From assembly GCF_032444005.1 (NCBI RefSeq), contig NC_091289.1, positions 123,256,001-123,320,000 on the forward strand: DNA of 64,000 bases. Direction: 5' to 3'. The first letter of the stretch is position 1, and the number at the start of each line of letters is the position of its first letter. The notes under the pieces were generated by a model. The model searched no databases. It saw nothing but the letters and a program-made list of their open reading frames with translations, and had not been told where the DNA came from. Source of the DNA: Ranitomeya imitator. Its lineage: Eukaryota. Below are positions 61,732-64,000 of the stretch, one piece after another. The translations under genes were made by a program, and so were the position numbers.

Positions 61732-62651
61732 AGGGAACCTGTCACCCCCCTGGCATTTGTAACTAAAAGAGCCACCTTGTGCAGCACTAATGCTGCATTC
61801 TCATGAGCAAGAGAAAAAAGATAGACTAATTGGGGTAGGCACAACTACAAATATATAAAGATCAAAAAATCCTTTATTATCACCTCACAAAATACCATAA
61901 ATGCATTTAAAATACATGAAAAAAAACATGTATTTTAAATGCTTTTATGGTATTTTGTGAGGTGATAATAAAGGATTTTTTGATATTTATATATTTGTGG
62001 TTGTGCCTACCCCAATTAGTCTATCTTTTTTCTCTTGCTCATGTATTTGCTATGTATAGACTAGGTGGAGCACACCCCCTTCTTCTTTTCATTTATTTTC
62101 CCAATTAGTGCACCCCTTCTTGCATATATATATACTAATGCTGCATTCTGACAAGGTGGCTCTTTTAGTTGTTCAAGTCCCTGGCACTGCTGTGATAATC
62201 GCTTTTGAAATTTGTCCCTCATACCAGTGAAATCGTCCGGGGGCAGGTCTTTCCCCCTAATCCAGACGCCTCACATCCGTCAATGATGGCCTCTGCGCGC
62301 CGGGCGCCGCCTCCTGTTCCTTCAGTAGCGTCCCCGGTGCGTTCAAAGGGCAGCGCAACTGCGCATGCCCGAAAAAAAGATAACAGTGCAGGCACCGGGG
62401 ACGCTACTGAAGGAAGAGGAGGCGGAGCCCGGCGCGCAGAGGCCATCATTGACGGATGTGAGGCGTCTGGATTAGGGGGAAAGACCTGCCCCCGGACGAT
62501 TTCACAGGTATGAGGGACAAATTTCAAAAGCGATTATCGCAGCAGTGCCAGGGACCCGAACTAAAAGAGCCACTTTGTCAGAAAATGCAGCATTAGTGCT
62601 GCACAAGGTGGCTCTTTTAGTTACAAACGCCAGGGGGGTGACAGGTCCCCT
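61732..62651. mobile_element. Kolobok/T2-type palindromic MITE with a nested insertion
   Basis: AGGGAACCTGTCACCCCCC / GGGGGGTGACAGGTCCCCT; TGAA/TTAA flanks; arms pair along the whole length around a ~60 bp spacer. Confidence 0.85.
61802..62133 (+). mobile_element. TSD-flanked fold-back insertion (Penelope-like architecture, non-coding)
   Basis: 16-bp duplication ACTAATGCTGCATTCT at 61786-61801 and 62134-62149; palindrome 61802-62043; 90-bp tail. Confidence 0.8.
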
Positions 62652-63164
62652 TTAAGCTATTTATTTTAATGAGTTGCCCATTACTGGGACAACACTTTTT
62701 TTTTGAATGCCTTTGTTTCACAGGTAAAACCCTTTAAATTAAGTCACCTACAGAGCTATTTGGGTTTAAGCACATTTTCATCAAATTCTCATTATACTTG
62801 GAGTCTTAGAAGCTGGAAATACATCAGTGCATTCCATTAGAATCCAGGTATTCAACTTAGATTTTAAGTGTAAAATTGGAGGTGAGTTTGTGGTATATTA
62901 CATTTATGTACTGCTATTGTAACTTTTATGTTAGTGTGGGTCCAACATTTGGGACCCTACTGTTTATCAAAATTTGGACTCTATGTCCCACATTATCCCC
63001 ATCTGTGCTTTACTTATTCTTTGACATTCCCACAGACTTTGATTGAAAATGCAAAGGAGCATGTGTGACCAACATTCCACTCAATTACTAGGGGCTGAGA
63101 TCTTGTAACTCAACTGTCAAATCCATGCCAATATACCAGTCACAGGATCAGTGATAATATGTTT

Positions 63165-63493
63165 TTTTTTTTTTTTTTTTTTTAAACCAATCAAATTTTT
63201 ATTGTAGAAAAGCTTTACAATTATAACATAGAGAAAAACAGGGAAAGGGGAATTAAGAGGGGAATACCACCATTGATAATTTACAGAAGTGTGGTAACAA
63301 TAGTAATACCTGAGATTCGCATGAGTACATTATTATAAACAGCATTAAACATAAGGCAATACTTCTAACTTGAAGGCCTAGGCAGGAGAGCGCTGGGTAA
63401 TGACATCAGAGGAGAGGTAATCCAAGGATCCCACCAGGTGAGGACCTTATTCTTTTTGGAAAGGGAGCCAGCAGTGATCAGTTCATAGCCTAA
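63165..63493 (-). mobile_element. 5'-truncated L1/Tx1-like retroposon (ORF2 C-terminus, 3' UTR, poly-A)
   Basis: 16-bp TSD CAGTGATAATATGTTT (63149-63164 and 63494-63509); poly-T on +; AATAAA on -; YELITAGSLSKKNKVLTWWDPW resembles L1 ORF2 ends. Confidence 0.85.
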
Positions 63494-64000
63494 CAGTGAT
63501 AATATGTTTAAAGCGACCAATTTGTTTTTTTTTCACTTGAAAAAGACATTAGTGCAACGTTCAAACGCATTGTAGAAATTAAAACCGTTCAACTCATTTT
63601 GTTCCTAAGGATTCTTTATTACATTATTATTATTGACCGATATCGTGTTATCATCCAAATTGGTCAACTATCCTGGAGATCATCCCCCAGCCACGAGGCA
63701 GCAGCACCTGATATCTTCAGGTGTTCAAAGGAGTTGTACCTGCATACAACCTGCTCAGATAAGCACCTTCCTTTTGCTTTCCTTTGCAGCTAGCAGGATA
63801 TCACCCATTAGTCTTGTGTGCTTTTGTTGTACTACAGTTTTTCTAGCAATATGTATAAACTGTGATACCTCTTTAAAGGGATGTATTATTTTAGTTGCAA
63901 AAGTTCTGGTTATACTTTAAAAAAATGTGGGCTATATGTCCAGCAAATATGGTGAAAGACTTTCCTGCCATGTACTTATTTGAATATAACTTGGTGCTGT

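Overview
Eukaryotic (vertebrate) genomic DNA; the repeat families suggest a frog, which is inference only. About three quarters of the window (by-eye sum of the annotated intervals) is transposon-derived, and I found no host gene I can name. Main contents: (1) a two-gene PIF/Harbinger element (8416-13719) with a spliced MADF gene and a convergent HARBI1-like transposase, both inactivated; (2) a decayed Gmr1-like Gypsy element (SCAN-gag, PR-INT-RT-RH order, tRNA-Ala PBS; 19145-30055) interrupted by a nearly intact sushi/Tf1-type chromoviral element (21679-27504); (3) a second full-length chromoviral element (43645-49440), a solo LTR and an LTR fragment of related subfamilies, and a 3'-truncated element of another sushi-type family (52239-57210); (4) several Tc1/mariner copies, Harbinger, hAT, Kolobok/T2 and piggyBac-like MITEs, a probable Helitron, V-SINE-like pieces and a short L1 insertion. 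The most interesting signals: three mutually unrelated non-coding insertions flanked by 14-16 bp target duplications with fold-back or partial-tandem-plus-inversion architecture (Penelope/retrozyme-like), plus a fourth fold-back without a TSD whose loop holds a degenerate minimal hammerhead-like motif; covarying self-priming PBS/5'-end pairs in three LTR families; and apparent 6-bp TSDs that always begin with G.
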